64,000 nt of DNA from Eledone cirrhosa (GCA_964016885.1 OZ024740.1:273978001-274042000); one strand, 5' to 3'; numbered from the stretch's first letter, positions 1-14,141 are shown. The notes: generated by a model not told the origin, from the letters alone. Made by a program: numbers and translations.

Positions 1-165
1 GGACAAAATACATGAGCTCAGATTGTCTCGCTTGGGGATCCAGTCTGATCAACTGGAGTCAGGCGTTTCTGACAGGACACACTGGAAGGAATATTTGAGG
101 ACTCTTTCCCCGCGACCCGTTCAGGAAGTGGGCGAAGGATAAAAAGAAGAATACAAAGAAGGAGA
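1..165 (+). mobile_element. 3' end of RTE-clade LINE (same family as 19849-20670)
   Basis: Aligns by eye with 20527-20670 (GACAGGAC..TGGAAGGA..CGACC..TCAGGAA..GTG.GCGAAG); ends in a GAA-rich tail. Confidence 0.65.
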
Positions 166-3100
166 AGTAATGCTCGCTATAAAAACAGAGCCAATATTAT
201 TATGAATTACCAATATGATTCTCTATTTTCAATAAATAGTTTCATTTATTGCACCTGCATCAGGCTTGTAACATAAATTCGATTATATGATTATATATGA
301 AGTTGAGGTTAGACCTGAGAATAACAACCAAGTATTCATCAGAAAGTGATATATATTAAAAACTAAGTTTATACAGAAGATTTAATGGTCTGGTTCAACT
401 TTCAGACTCACTGGCACAGAAACAACTATTCTTGCGAAATATATTTGTACCTGTGAGAAAATTATAATACTACAGAGTTTAATATCAAAGTGAGATTTTC
501 AAAAACTGATTATATTTAAAAAATATATATTTTTTTTTCCTTGAAACACAAATCTACAGACATTCAGCCTACACTATACTGAACTGCCAAACCCACCATA
601 CACACTCTTTGAAAATATGCAGTCACTCATAACTTATTTTACAATATCCTCATGCATAGCTTCTCTCAATATATTACTTATTCACTTTATACATTCCCTT
701 CCTTGTGCAAGACGGGTTTTAAATACTATTAAGTACAAATCTGTGCTTTACACGAAATAAATGCATGTCAACTCGAGCGTGTGAATGAGCTTATTAAGAC
801 TGTTCCAAAATTTCGCAGAGGTTATCGTCTTGTTAAAACTATGTATATGAAAAGAAACACTTCTTTTACTTAAAAACAAGATGAAATTCTGCTTTAAAAT
901 TGTCACGTATTTGTAATATATACCTTCTAGTCCAGACAAAACTAACTTATTTTCTACTATTTATTTGACGTAGCCTTTCCCTATTTACCGATTAGCCTGT
1001 TCCACATTTAACATCTCATATCAGTCAGTATATATTTGAACTGTTTTGATAAGCCAATAAAGTAGGTGAAACGTCGAACTAAACAGTCACTGTTAATAAT
1101 AATTATGTATATATAATAGCACTCTCGTGAAAGCAGTAATGAATAATAGCTGTGATGTTAGTTGTGTCCTGTCCACAATCCCATTAGAATACTCTAAATA
1201 CTGTAAAGCATTTATCATTATGCAGTATGTCGATAACGTTAAGCCATGTGGAACGTATTCCTCTTGAGAGTAATTCCATCATATCATTTGTATCCAGGAC
1301 AACATTTCAGGCCAAATGCAAAACAAAACAATTCAGCTCTCATCGTAACGTTTCACTTTTACAGTTCTCATTTGAACTGATGCGTAGAACCCATCTACAA
1401 TCGGCTACTCTAGAGCAACGAGAATTAAGCACCTTATGTATGGTTGCTGAATATTGCTGATGATAGGAAATCAGATAACTACTGTTGGTAGATCATCATT
1501 TTAACTTTTTCAGAGAACAAAGATCTATTGCTCTCCAAATATTGGACAATTGAACTGCTTTGTTAAACATTTCTGGCACCAATATCTATTCACTCCTTTA
1601 ACGTCTATAAATCTTCCAGATGTTTATTTAACTGCAATTAGATCTTGTAAAATATGATCAAGATAATTTTGATACCGAAAACTATCGAAGATATGCAATG
1701 CATCAGCCATTTCATCTAACCAAGATTCATAAATTAATTATATAAAAAAAGTGAAATACTTCTGACACGTATTCAGATTTTAAAAGTCGATATTTAATCC
1801 AACATTGTTGCCTGTTGGCTATATGATAGACATATTTTGCCGGTAATATTACGCTAGCAATAGTGGGTTTGTTTTAAATGCAAAAGATAATCCTGTAAAA
1901 GTAACTGCGAATTAACTTTTAATTAACCTCAGGTAAATTCCCTCTCCTTTAAATTTGCAGCTAGAGTCTTAGATAACGGTCTGGAATTACTGATTTACTC
2001 TAATGAATACTGCTTTAAGACATACGTAAAGCAATTTAAAAACGTCAAGGGACGAAAAGTAATACAGAGTAGTGGCTCGAGAAAACCATCTTTACTTGAA
2101 GGTCAAAACATTCTCGTTTTGCTTGTTTCATTGATTTTGTAAGTGATTGCATTCTATAATCATGCCAATATTCTCTTGAGCAGGCGTTTTAAATTTGCTT
2201 AGAATTTCTCTTGATTGAGTCTTCTATAGAAGTAAAGGTTTGGCAGCCAATGTAATTGCTTTACAGTTCTTGGAATACTGGCAATCTGACCAATGAAGCT
2301 AAGCCATTGAGACAATTTGAGATAGCAATTAATAATGCTAGTTACATTAAATTCTTTAGAGACTACAAAATCACAAATCAATTTAAACCTTACACTCTAA
2401 TGAGTTAGATAATTTCAGATTTATAATATAAATTTAGATAGTTTTGAAGTGTCCGTAATACCACTAAAGAACCTGAACATGTGGAAAATTTGAAAATGTG
2501 CAGAACACATATTAATGATAAGTTAAAGAGGTCGGTGGTGTATTTGAGAGGTTTATTTCCCATTATGAGATTTTCCCCATTTGCGCCCCTCCATCACACC
2601 CACCAGTAAATGATTTTATGTAAATTTCAACAATGACTGAGAAAGCAACCAGAAACATATTTCAACTCAGCAAGGAGGCATTTCCATAATTATGATAAAA
2701 TCAGGAATCTGCTGAATTGCTGAAACACATTGTATGATGTGATTTAAAAAGCTGTTGTTTCTACTGTGTTAGAAATATAATGGTAGATTGTTCATCTCTC
2801 CTTCTTTGCCTCACTCCCTTCTCTCGTTTTCTTTCATCTCTCTTTCTCACTCTCTTATTTTAGTTACCACCGTTTGGGATTGGACAATATAACTTCGTCA
2901 CTGGTGCTCATTATTTGGTTTGGTTAAATTATTGATAAAAATCAACTGTTCTTCTGTTTCTATCTTTATCTCAACACCTCTCTATATATTTCTCTATCTT
3001 TTTCTATCTATCCATCTATATATTTCTCATTTTATGTTTTGTATTTTTATTTTCAACAGTATTACTTGGGCATTAGTGTTCAGTATTTGGCTTGGTTACA

Positions 3101-3196
3101 TTTGTTTTATTTGTGTTAATAAACATCAGAAATAAATTATCTTTACTTCTCAATAACCAAAAACTGTCTTATCAAAGTTTTTGTAATTCGGTAATT

Positions 3197-3252
3197 TCTT
3201 CTTCTTCTTCTTCTTCTTCTTCTTCTTCTTCTTCTTCTTCTTCTTCTTCTTC
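3197..3252. repeat. (TCT)n microsatellite
   Basis: Direct observation. Confidence 0.95.
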
Positions 3253-3519
3253 TTTCACAAGCTTGAGGTTTTTGCCAGTATTAAATACCCTTCTGTTGGT
3301 GGATTGGAAGAATCGTTAGAACATCGGATAAAATTACTTGTGTTATTTATTCGGCTCTTTACATTTAGGTTCTAATTTTAAATCACAACAGTTTCAACTT
3401 TACATTTTATCATTCCGAGGAGGATTAAATAAATTACTTGTCCCTTGATGTGATCGATTTCACGATTTAATCCTTCTTCAAAGTTCTGCGATTATGCCTA
3501 TATTACAAATGAGTATTAT

Positions 3520-3690
3520 TATTGGCAGTCGGACGCCATGCTTTCCAGCATAGTTACGTCCCTTTGCGGTCTGAGTTCAAATCCCGCCGAGGTTAACTTT
3601 GCCTTTCATCCTTACGAGGTCGATAAAATAAAGTACCAGTAATGCACTGGGTATTTGATGGCCTTGTGCCAAAAGTAGAAACAATTATTA
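3520..3690 (+). mobile_element. tRNA-derived SINE (Octopus OK/OR-like family)
   Basis: B-box GAGTTCAAATCCC followed by GAGGTTAACTTTGCCTTTCATCCT..GGTCGATAAAATAAAGTACCAGT and an (ATT)n tail; more than 10 copies in the window. Confidence 0.85.
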
Positions 3691-4699
3691 TTGAGATTTC
3701 TGTAGATAATGTTGCGTCATGCAATTCTCTGCGAATAATCAAAAAATATATTATTTATATTGAATGAAAGTTAATTTTAAACAACTATTATCAGGAAGAT
3801 TTAAAGGCAAAACTTACATAAGCGAGATGAAAATTACGGCGTAAAGTGATGTAACTAAATATGCAAGGAATATTTTGGGTTTTGAATATATTATTAAATC
3901 CTCAGTTTTTTTAATGTTAACAGATTTGTTTGAACAATGGTGAAACTGCTATGTGATCACACGCATACTAGAAATAGCAACCAACTCCCATTTACATCCC
4001 ACACAAACATCTTGAAATGTGAAAAACCCATCGAATAATGTATTAATGCATTCACCATGCTTGAAATCTCAAACCATGTGTCGTCATGACTGAAACGCCT
4101 TGATCACAGCTCTACTACTTAGTGGCTGACTTGGAACTGAAAAAGAAAACCAACGAACAATGTTGATTTCTTGCATTGACGTTGGTGTAAAGTCAGATAG
4201 TGTAAAATATATTGTAGTTAATGTAGTTCACACTAATACATTTCAAGAGAAAGCATATCTCATCGACCATGGAAAATATTGGACTCACTCCGCAGGGGCT
4301 TGGGTAAAGCTAAATAATATAATAAATATATTGGGGATGTCGAGTAAGTTGTGGCATCATTTTACGAGCTGACAGGGATTGAATTCAGATTTATAGTTGG
4401 TATGTTACTATGTATCTAGGCATAGTACTAAATTTGACATGTCTTGCTTAATCGGTGCCAGGTTACTTAAGAATATTATTGAAATTTGCCTGACAATCAT
4501 ATCTTTATCCCTACATAGAGAACTTCCTAGTGTCAATAAATAATTATATACCTCTGCCTAGAAATTAATTGCATTATAACAGTTAATGATACCTTCATTT
4601 CTTTCATAATACAACGTTTCCGTAAGCATGACCAAATATATGTTTATCCCACACGTTTCTTGTTTCCTTAATGTTTCACAAAATGGTGTTTCATGCTTT

Positions 4700-5100
4700 T
4701 CAGCATTCTGTTTTTCTGTTTTCACGTCCTTATTTTTTCAAGTATGCCGTACCTGACAACGTCCAACATAAGCTTTTCTTCCTTATTTTTATGTAGAAGA
4801 TCATAACAGTTACTATTTTGACAGCATCCTGTACGCTCATCAACCCCCTATGTCGTCTCTCTTTTCCAATACAACCTGTCTGCATCATCTTATGGGGGCA
4901 TACTTCGATAGATAGCGAGAAGTTTCCTTGTTTTCTGATCAATTTCGTTCGACTCTAATTTTGTCCTTACTAATATATTTGCTCTGTAACTAATTAAAGA
5001 AACAGCTCTGGCATGTATTGCCTGCACAGTATTTCCACAATTTAAACTGGGATTGAGAATCGTCCTCAGTCTTCGAAAGTAATCTTTTTTGACAATTGTT
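4700..5100 (-). mobile_element. Decayed R4/Dong-like non-LTR retrotransposon fragment (post-RT region)
   Basis: Minus-strand translation pieces KKDYFRRLRTILNPSLNCGNTVQAI and KERRHRGLMSVQDAV resemble the R4-clade Y.RR.RK.L...L...N..K.IN and R..GGRGL.S.ED.V motifs; frameshifted. Confidence 0.55.
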
Positions 5101-5499
5101 CCATGTTGATTATTATTGTTATTATTCTTTTAAAATTCCTTTCAATTCTGCTTCTTTCCTAAATCATGGCGAATGTCAACCTGGTACCTGAGGCAAAATT
5201 TGATATTACACACAATTTGTCATAAAAAAAAACACAAATGCAATTTGTTCTCATATCTAGACCAATGTAATAGTTGATTTAATTACAACATACCAATAGT
5301 TACAATATTAGAAATTATACATAGTACAAATGGTTGTGACTCAACATGTATCACTATATCAGGTCACTATTGGATACACGATTATATGTCAGAGCGGAGA
5401 AGATTAAATTAGATTAAATAAAAATGTCAATAATGCTAGTGGAAAACTTCAACTTGAGGTCTAAATGCCCAAATCCTTTCTGACTAGTGCTAAATATTT

Positions 5500-5622
<123 letters not shown>

Positions 5623-5641
5623 CACACACAGCGATGCATAC

Positions 5642-5863
5642 AATTGTATCTAGCGTCATTGAATTTGATCACTGCTGAATACTCCATATTTAAGCGACCG
5701 ATTACAGAAATGATCGGTATTGTAATGTGTTGTATTTTAGCTTCTAATAACATATTAAAATATCTAATCCATAAGCTGCTGTTATTGTTATGATATAGCC
5801 TCAGGTCAGTCCTGTTGTAAGAATTCGAAGAGCAAGATCTTGTAGCCATGACAATAATGTTGT
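5642..5863 (-). CDS. Candidate internal exon (phase 1-1, 222 nt) of an unidentified host gene or pseudogene
   Basis: AAAATCAG acceptor, open frame DNIIVMATRSCSSNSYNRTDLRL...KFNDARYN, donor GTATGC; length divisible by 3; several N-X-S/T sequons. Confidence 0.4.
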
Positions 5864-6178
5864 CTGATTTTAGGTAAAATGTTCGTAGAACACATTAAAA
5901 ACCTAAGGTGTGATATTATGATATTAGGAGATTTTCCTTGTTTCGGTTTGAGAATTTTCTTCGGTGTAGTGACTTCGTGATAGTTTTGTCATTGATGTAA
6001 ATATACACTTTTAGTTTTCTATTGAATATACAAATCTATCAAGTCTACACAGTTTTCACATATTCATTTTCATTCTCTCTCATGAACTATTGATCAGAGA
6101 AATTCTAATAACTACTTAAGTTATTATCATGATTTTTACAAAATTACAATTAAATTTCTGATGTAAACACATGATTAC

Positions 6179-6451
6179 CTACGAGGAATACTGTTATCAA
6201 ATCTCCTGATTTGTTTAATGACACCACCACCCACCCTTGGATGATGAGAGACGATGTTTTTCTTTGTGTGATATCAACTCGCGATAGAAAGGAATGCAAG
6301 TAAATTCCCTGAGATATTCTGTCCTACACGCTATCAGTCCAGCAGACTTAATTATGCATAAGCGGATGATCATCAGTAAGTATGAAACATTTATACTGGC
6401 TTTGATTCAGTTAACTGCACTCATCCTCTACACAATTTGGCCATTTGCCAA
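6179..6451 (-). pseudogene. Candidate pseudo-exon (phase 1-1, 273 nt) of the same gene
   Basis: Donor AG|GTAATC, apparently mutated acceptor TTCTTCAA; frame GKWPNCVEDECS*LNQSQYKC...VCWTDSV*DRISQGIYLHSFLSRVDIT...LITVFLV has 3 stops. Confidence 0.3.
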
Positions 6452-7803
6452 TTGAAGAAATATATATCATTATCATAACAAGGTAGAGCAATTGGTGGCA
6501 GAATTAGCAAAGCACCAGATGGACAAACGGTCTTTCATGATATAGTTATATATTTCTAACTTCTGTATTGAAATGCGGTCGAGGTCATATTCACATCACA
6601 TCCTTTCATGTGCAAATGCAATTAAAAGAAGTTAAATACTGGAACAGCGGTTTTGGTTAAAATTACTTCCCCTTTACTCTGAAATAAAATGCATGGCCTT
6701 CACCCAAAATTTGCACGGTATTAATACTGTGGCATTTCTCAAAATTGGTCTTTTGAGTTCAATTCTCTCAGACATTTGGCAATGTCATCAATTCCTATCA
6801 TGAAACTATTTTAATGAAACTATTTTAATGAAACTATTTTAATACGCTTAAGGCATCTATGCACAAAAAAACTGACACAAGTACACATGTATGCACGCGT
6901 ACACACACACGCACACACACACATACACGCTCACACACAGACGCACTCACACTCACACACAGACATTGCACACATACACACACACAGACGCACATATGGC
7001 GAAATTGACAATTTTTTAAGGGGGTGGGAAATTTTAAATGAGATTTGTCATGAAACATTGGTAAATAGGAATTTACTCTTTTCCTAAAAAATAGATTAGA
7101 TTTTCCTTAAAATCTTAATCAACATTTAAAATAGTGGCCTTCAACAGCAGTATATATATATATCGCAACTCACCTATTGAATAGTAAAAGTTGTGAATAT
7201 AGACTGTTTTACGCACGTGGTTGGTCGAAATATCTAGAATTCTCGCTGTCTAATCACAGGTTGGCATTTAATGTCCGGAAAGTTTGCAGGCACTAACATT
7301 GTTACTGTTCCACTATTTCTCTCCGTGAGACTTGGAGATTAGAGCCGAATGCTGCCTTTCTATTGTCCAGCGATTGGAGAGTGAATTTTTCTAATAACCA
7401 ATTTTTCACAAACTTGTTAATTTGTGTTTGAGATACGTTGGCTGAGTGCTTATTGCGGGAGCGAAACTATTTGAAATTCGTCTCCTGCCGTCACGTAAAT
7501 TTCTAAATCGGTAACCAATCAGGGAACGGCATAATGACGCGTACAGATTCCAGTTACCAACGTTTTACTTTGTTGGCCGTCACATACTGTCATAGCCAAC
7601 ACGGACTGGAGTCGAATTCTGTCGATCGATTGGTTATTGATTAGGCGAAAGACGCTGATGAAGCCACGTGCGCCGATTGTGCATTGTTGCATAATATATG
7701 CGGACAGAGGATGATGTGCACTCTATTGCTGCATCAGCATTACCTACTGAGGACGCTGAGATGCAACCTGTCCTAGCAGTGATACCAATGCTAGTTCCGT
7801 CAA

Positions 7804-7845
<42 letters not shown>

Positions 7846-7899
7846 GATAAATCTACCAAGGAATTGTTTCTTTGTTTATTCATTATTTTTTTAATAATT

Positions 7900-7933
<34 letters not shown>

Positions 7934-7960
7934 ATATGTGTGTGTGTGTGTATGTGTGTG

Positions 7961-7995
<35 letters not shown>

Positions 7996-8058
7996 AGGTG
8001 TGTGTACGACAATGCATTTAGATGCAATTTATATGCGTAATACCATTGAACATCGTAC

Positions 8059-8211
8059 CCATTGGCATGGGTTTAGCCCTCAGAAAAAAGTGTCTTGCAA
8101 CAGGGATACCGTCCTTTAAGTATCGGGCATATTTTGCTAATACTTTATTTGTTCGTGGATAAATTTTTAAATTCAGACTCTTCCAGCTTTCTACTGGTGT
8201 ACTCAGTTTGT
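8059..8211 (-). CDS. Candidate internal exon (phase 1-1, 153 nt) of the same gene
   Basis: TTTGTACTCCAG acceptor, open frame DKLSTPVESWKSLNLKIYPRTNKVLAKYARYLKDGIPVARHFFLRAKPMPM, donor GG|GTACGA. Confidence 0.4.
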
Positions 8212-8712
8212 CTGGAGTACAAACGTAGATATTGGTGTATATATAATTGAAATAGAAAGTTACTAATATCTCTTTGATATGGAGAAATGTTTCTAATAGA
8301 TTCAAGGTAATTCAATTCAAACAGTAAAATATAAAATAAGTTTATGGAAAAATTTAGCCTATTTAAAAATTTGAAACATCAATGTGCCTAATTTGAGTAT
8401 TTGATATTTGAATATACAATTAACTTATTTACATATATAATTAGATATTGAACTAGTTGTTTTTTCTAAAAGAAAATGCAGCTTATTATAATTAACAAAC
8501 CGCGAATGTATGATCAGTATACATAATTTGAGTTATTCCATTAATATATACTAATCAGCTGACCTTAGTCATTTTCTATCACCTCCTTATCTGCGGATGA
8601 AAACTGCGTTTGGGGAGTATGTTGTAGGAATACATTTAATATTTGATTTGTTCATAAACTGAGAAATCCCTAAAATGTGTGTACATCTCTCTCTCACTCT
8701 TTCTCTCTCTCT

Positions 8713-8795
<83 letters not shown>

Positions 8796-9012
8796 AATAG
8801 ATAGACATATATATATATATATACTAGCGGAGCTACCCGGGTTCGCTCGGTGTTAAAAAGCTTATTTAGAAAACAATAATATTAAAATTTTAATCGTTAT
8901 TTAAAAACTTCTCTAATTTAGTTTCTATTTTTTAGATCTTAACATTTATCTTTAAATGACTGAATTGCTGATGAATTTAAAGAAAACTCGTTATAAGAAC
9001 ATTTAATTTATT

Positions 9013-10495
9013 TTACTGGAGTGCTTTTGGATACACAATGTTTTTTGTTTTTCCTTCTGGTGCGTACACGAATAAATCAGAAGGTTTACCGACGCGTGAG
9101 CAAGCCACATACAGCTGTCCATGTGAGAAGCATGGATTTTCTAAATTTAGTCCACACACTTGTAGCGATTGTCCATGTGCTTTGTTGATAGTCATTGCAA
9201 AGGCGAGTCGCACCGGAAACTGCAAACGTTTGAATTCGAATGGCGTATCTGTCGGAATCATTGGGATGCGTGGCAACAGTACATCTTTCCATTTAAAATT
9301 GTAGCTTCGATGATATTGTTCATCATCTTTTTCACTGAAAGCCTGGTACCGTTGCAAAGTTGTGGTGGATTGATGTTTCGGAGAAGATGAGAGGCACGCC
9401 AATTTTCAATGTTAGAATGTGCGGTGGCATACCTGGCAAATCAAGTGAATTCAAGAATTCAGTTGGATAATTGATAATTTCGTCTTGATTCATTACAGTA
9501 TCGATGGACTTATACGTTGTCGCTTCGCCTGGTATTTTGTTTTGAATGCTGAAATTAATGGAATTGACATCGTTGTTTTTGGCTGCTAATATAGCACGTG
9601 CATTGACCACTGATGATTTTTGTAATGCTGCGCGATATTTGGGAAAACTTTGTGAATCAGTTCGTCTCTGGTTGCCGTGATTCTACAGAAGTTTGTTGGC
9701 AATGTCATACATTTTGTGGATTCATCGATTACCATTTTCCCATTCCCAATATCCAGCAATTGTTTTGTGAAACGTTCAGCGGATGCATCATTTTGTAGTT
9801 GTACACGCATATTGGTTTTTAAAGTTAATTTCTGTACGTGTCGCCATAAAACTGATGATTTGAGACATGCATTAAGCTCATCAGCGGGTGTTGATCGCGG
9901 TATAACTGGTAGAGTTTGTCGAAAATCACCAGACAATAAAATGAGTGTGCCTCCGAAGAGCTGTTCATTTCCTTCCAATGATTTTTTGTGCGCCATAGTA
10001 CATTCGTCCCATATAATGATTTGACATGATTGGAGTACTTTACTTATACCAGAATTTTTGGTGATATTGCATGTTGGTGTCTCAGTGATTTGCATATTCA
10101 ATGGCAATTTCAGTGCTGAATGTGCAGTTCGGCCACCATCCAAAGAGTTGCCGCAATTCCAGATGATGCGATTGCCAGTGCAATATTATTTTGTGATCGT
10201 ATAGTTGCCAAAATAATGGAAATGAGAAAGGTTTTGCCTGTACCACCGGGCGCATCTATAAAATACAATCCGCCGCTTTGATTTGTAATTGCCTGCATAA
10301 TTTTGTCATATTCTATGCGTTGTTCTGGTACCAATTTCAGAAGATTCGTTTGAACAAATGTACCCAATTCGGCGACATCAAAGTTTGTTTCTCGTTGCAA
10401 ATCACGATCGAAAATGTCGTTTACAGATCGATTCGGCGCAGGCATTCCCAAATGTACCAGTGTTTTGTTAGCGATTGCTAAACATATGACCTCAA
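9013..10495 (-). pseudogene. Frameshifted PIF1-family (RepHel) helicase of Helitron
   Basis: Motifs DAPGGTGKT, IIWDECTM, GDFRQTLPV, QFPVRLAFAMTINKA, FSHGQLYVACSRV are spread over 4 overlapping ORFs. Confidence 0.93.
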
Positions 10496-11216
10496 TCTAC
10501 CGGAGTAAACAGTAGTGCCGGATCCGTATAGAGAACTCAATGCAATCCGAGTGTGGAGAGATCATAAACAATTCATGTAGTTAATTAATGATGCAAAACA
10601 ATAGGAAAACAGAGTCAAAATAAGACATTGAAAAACAATGAAAAATTAAACAAATAATATTGATTTATGCATCTTCATAAAAAAATATATATCTACATAT
10701 ACATATATACACATATACATATATATATTAACACTTAACAATTAACACTTAGAATTTAATATTCTATCATACTATTTCATTATAATACCATTATATTATA
10801 TATATTTTAAAGGATTGTAAATAAAACGAGTAAATCAGAAAAGTTGGAATTCCTCTTATTAATATAATCTTCTATACACAATCATACACACCCGTGTATA
10901 TTTACCTATCTATATCTATATATATATATACATATATACATACACATACATATATACTATATTTTACAAATTATACTGAGATAAATGCAAACCTACCTCC
11001 TTCAGTCTTCTATCATCAGTGTAGAATGAGAAAACAGTAAAACAATTGTGGAAAAGGATGGCATGGTGGTTACAGTAGAGAAAGATAATTAGGTCAGACC
11101 AATGGACAGCAAATGTAAAAGATAATTAGGTCAGACCAATGGACAACAAATTTAAGTACAATAGATTAATATGAAGAACATGTTATTTGTTTAATTTTTC
11201 ATTGTTTTTCAATGTC
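10495..11216. mobile_element. Fold-back insertion (34-bp inverted repeat 10624-10657 / 11183-11216 plus about 130-nt tail), probably PLE-derived
   Basis: GACATTGAAAAACAATGAAAAATTAAACAAATAA and its exact reverse complement; right arm ends in (AT)n; decayed HHR-like CTGATGA on the minus strand near 11013-11019. Confidence 0.45.
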
Positions 11217-11297
11217 ATATATATATATATACGTAGTAAATAAAGAGTTATTCCCCTTCCTTCCTGGACATACATACAAACAAACAAACATACATTC

Positions 11298-11367
<70 letters not shown>

Positions 11368-12646
11368 CGTAAAATAAGAAAATTATTGTAATTAAATCCC
11401 TAAAAGTGTGGTACATCTCTTTCTCTCTCTCTCTCCCTCTCTCTCTCTCTCCACATATATATATATATATATAGATATATATATATATATATGTCTATCT
11501 CTCCGTCTCTAGTTCGTGATAAATGTCGATAATGCGGCAAAGGGTGTGGTACGACTATGTGCACGAAAGAGGGGGAGAGGAAAGAGTGGTGGAGTTGGCG
11601 TTGGTCGTTGTGGTATCAGAAATGTCTAATTCATTTCAACTCCATTCTGTAAAGAGTCTTTATGTAAAATGGATACAGAGAGTGTGTGTATCTTCGTGTT
11701 TGATATAGAAGAGATTTTATATAAAGATAAAGCAGTTGTGGCCGTCGTATCGGCAAGGATATTTTAAAAATCCACACAAATATTATTTGTCATTTTAATC
11801 TATGACTAATTAAAAGGAAGCCATTTAAAATGTCATATTTTCCATTCACATGTGTTTGATGTTTCTGATTAAACTGTGGAATTTCCACGGTCATCAAGTA
11901 TACACAATTGTTTATTCCAAATGAAATATTTTGCCAAGATCATTAAAATGTGTCAGTTTTTTGTTTTTTTTTTGTTAGTTTTTAGAGTGCGCTACCTCAT
12001 TTTAATAACAATCCATCAAATACACTGACATTAAATCTTTTATATTTAAATCAATATCTCAATAAAAAATATTGAATGTTATCGTGAAATTCCAGTTGTC
12101 AACACAAAATAGTGTAGAATCTACCTTTATATGGTCACTAAACATGCTAGTTGTAGCAGCAACATACCCTCAAATTGCATCCCATCCTTTTTAAGGAAGG
12201 TGACACAGGATAATGTTCTAGATATGCTACGTCTGAAAAAAAAAGAACGAAGAGATAATTGTGGGTGGAACGCATTCAATCATAAATCTGCTTGTTGAGA
12301 GAGAACGGGATTATAACATTTACAACAAATACAAGCATATGGTGATGCTGTATCTTATTTAACCCATTAAAAGTTTTGCTTATTTACAAAATGAATTGAA
12401 CAGGCACTCTAACTGTTGGGAAATAATTCAAATGTAGGAACCTATAAGTGACTGCGCGATATGCTAAACATATCAATCATATACTACAAATCATATGCTA
12501 CACCCTCTAAAGAGTAGAAATGAATTTCATATTGGTGTCTTGATTACAGTATAGTTGGACTAAAAACAGAAAAAGAAAAGAGTTGGTCACAGTTATAATT
12601 TATTTGATAGTAGTTAAGCTAAATGAGAGCCAACTTTGATCTAAGT

Positions 12647-13120
12647 CAGTGGTTCCCAAAGTCAGTTCTACGGAACACAAAGCTTCTGCAAAGGAGTGTC
12701 TGGGGTTCCATGAAAAACGTCTAAGTATAAAGTATGTCTTAAGCCAGAAGGCTCATTTGGCGGTGATTATCCTGGTTTCATGGCGTGACGCGACTGAGAG
12801 TCCAAGACTCCCCCCTGGACAGGACGCCAGTCCATCACAGGGTTAAATCCCCAGCTACTGCTGGTACTCATTTTCAGCTGAGTATACTGGAGCAACGTGA
12901 AATGAAGTGTTTTGCTCAGGAACACAACACGCAAACCAGGAATAGAACCAAGGATTTATGATCGAAAGTTCAACACCCTTAATACTAGGCCACGTGCCTC
13001 CACTATGAAAAAACGTAAAGATATATATTTATATGACGGCCACATAACAGAATTTGGGGCTACCCTAAAAGTTTCTTAACCAAGAAGGGTTCTCCGTTTG
13101 AAAAAGATTGGGAAACCATG
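12647..13120. mobile_element. hAT (Charlie-like) MITE containing a SINE
   Basis: Imperfect TIRs CAGTGGTTCCCAA / TTGGGAAACCATG; 8-bp TSD ATCTAAGT / AACTAAGT. Confidence 0.75.
12735..13003 (-). mobile_element. CORE-like tRNA-derived SINE nested in the MITE
   Basis: Minus-strand tRNA-like head followed by TGTGTTCCTGAGCAAAACACTTCATTTCACGTTGCTCCAGTATACTCAGCTG. Confidence 0.75.
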
Positions 13121-13839
13121 AACTAAGTAACATTGTAGAAATATAATTCAAGTATGTAGGTTATAAAAGGTAAACAGAAAGAGGTGTGAATCCTAACAAC
13201 AAACATTTCAACAGGAGAATGCTGTATGAATATTACTAGTACCAATAGTTAAAATGGGCAAGCCAAGTATCGTTATTATAAGAGAAACCGAGGAAACGAT
13301 TCCTATAATAACTCCGTTGTTGCTTTTAAAAATATATGTTTTATATATTTTGTGTGTTTCATATATTTTTAAATGTCTTTTTAACTGTCAGATTTAATCA
13401 ATTTTGGAACCTCAGGCAAAAGATAATAAGGGCTTACTCAAACCACATCTGATACCCGAAAAAAAAAAAAAAATATATATATATAATATATAGGCCATTT
13501 GGAAAATATTATTTTATTTTTGTTTTTGATGGGCTTTGATTTGGTTGTTTGTTTTTTGTTAAGATTTCCTCACTTCTCACAGCAAGACTGAAGTCAATAA
13601 AAAATGTGTAAACAAATATAAGATTAATAGTAATATATATTTTATGAAAAAAAATTAATATTGTAAATAACAAAATCAATATATTTTAATTCTTATATAT
13701 TGAACTATTTTTAACATAACCCTCCCCACAAAAATTTACATAGCGAAAATGAGCTTACAGACAAGTAAAAACCAGCAGTCAGTATTTCCCTGCAAGGTAT
13801 ATGATATATATTCATGAGTTTGTGTCTCTGCATGTATAA

Positions 13840-13920
13840 ATGTGTGTATATATATATATATATATATACACATGTGTATATATATATATTCACACACACA
13901 CATACATATATATAAATACA

Positions 13921-13986
<66 letters not shown>

Positions 13987-14141
13987 TGTGTGTATATATA
14001 TATGTGTGTGTGTGTGTATATATGCATATATATATATATATGTGTGTGTGTGTATATATATATATATACACATATATATGTGTATATAAATATATGTATA
14101 TATATATGTATATATGCATATATATATGTATATGTATATAT
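13840..14141. repeat. Compound (TA)n/(TG)n/(CA)n microsatellite; representative of dozens of similar tracts in the window
   Basis: Direct observation. Confidence 0.95.

Larger units (their letters stand above)
8824..11300 (-). mobile_element. Internally deleted Helitron (Rep missing), interrupted by another insertion at about 10495-11216
   Basis: 3' CTAG terminus at 8824-8827 with a subterminal GC hairpin; PIF1 helicase remnants; Helitron-type 5' TATATGAATGTATGTTTGTTTG near 11300 (5' end approximate). Confidence 0.85.

Noticed and set aside
7645-7690. CTGATGA with a nearby GAAA as a possible hammerhead
   Set aside because: The GAAA is only 4 nt upstream and the downstream position reads GATT; no consistent three-stem fold
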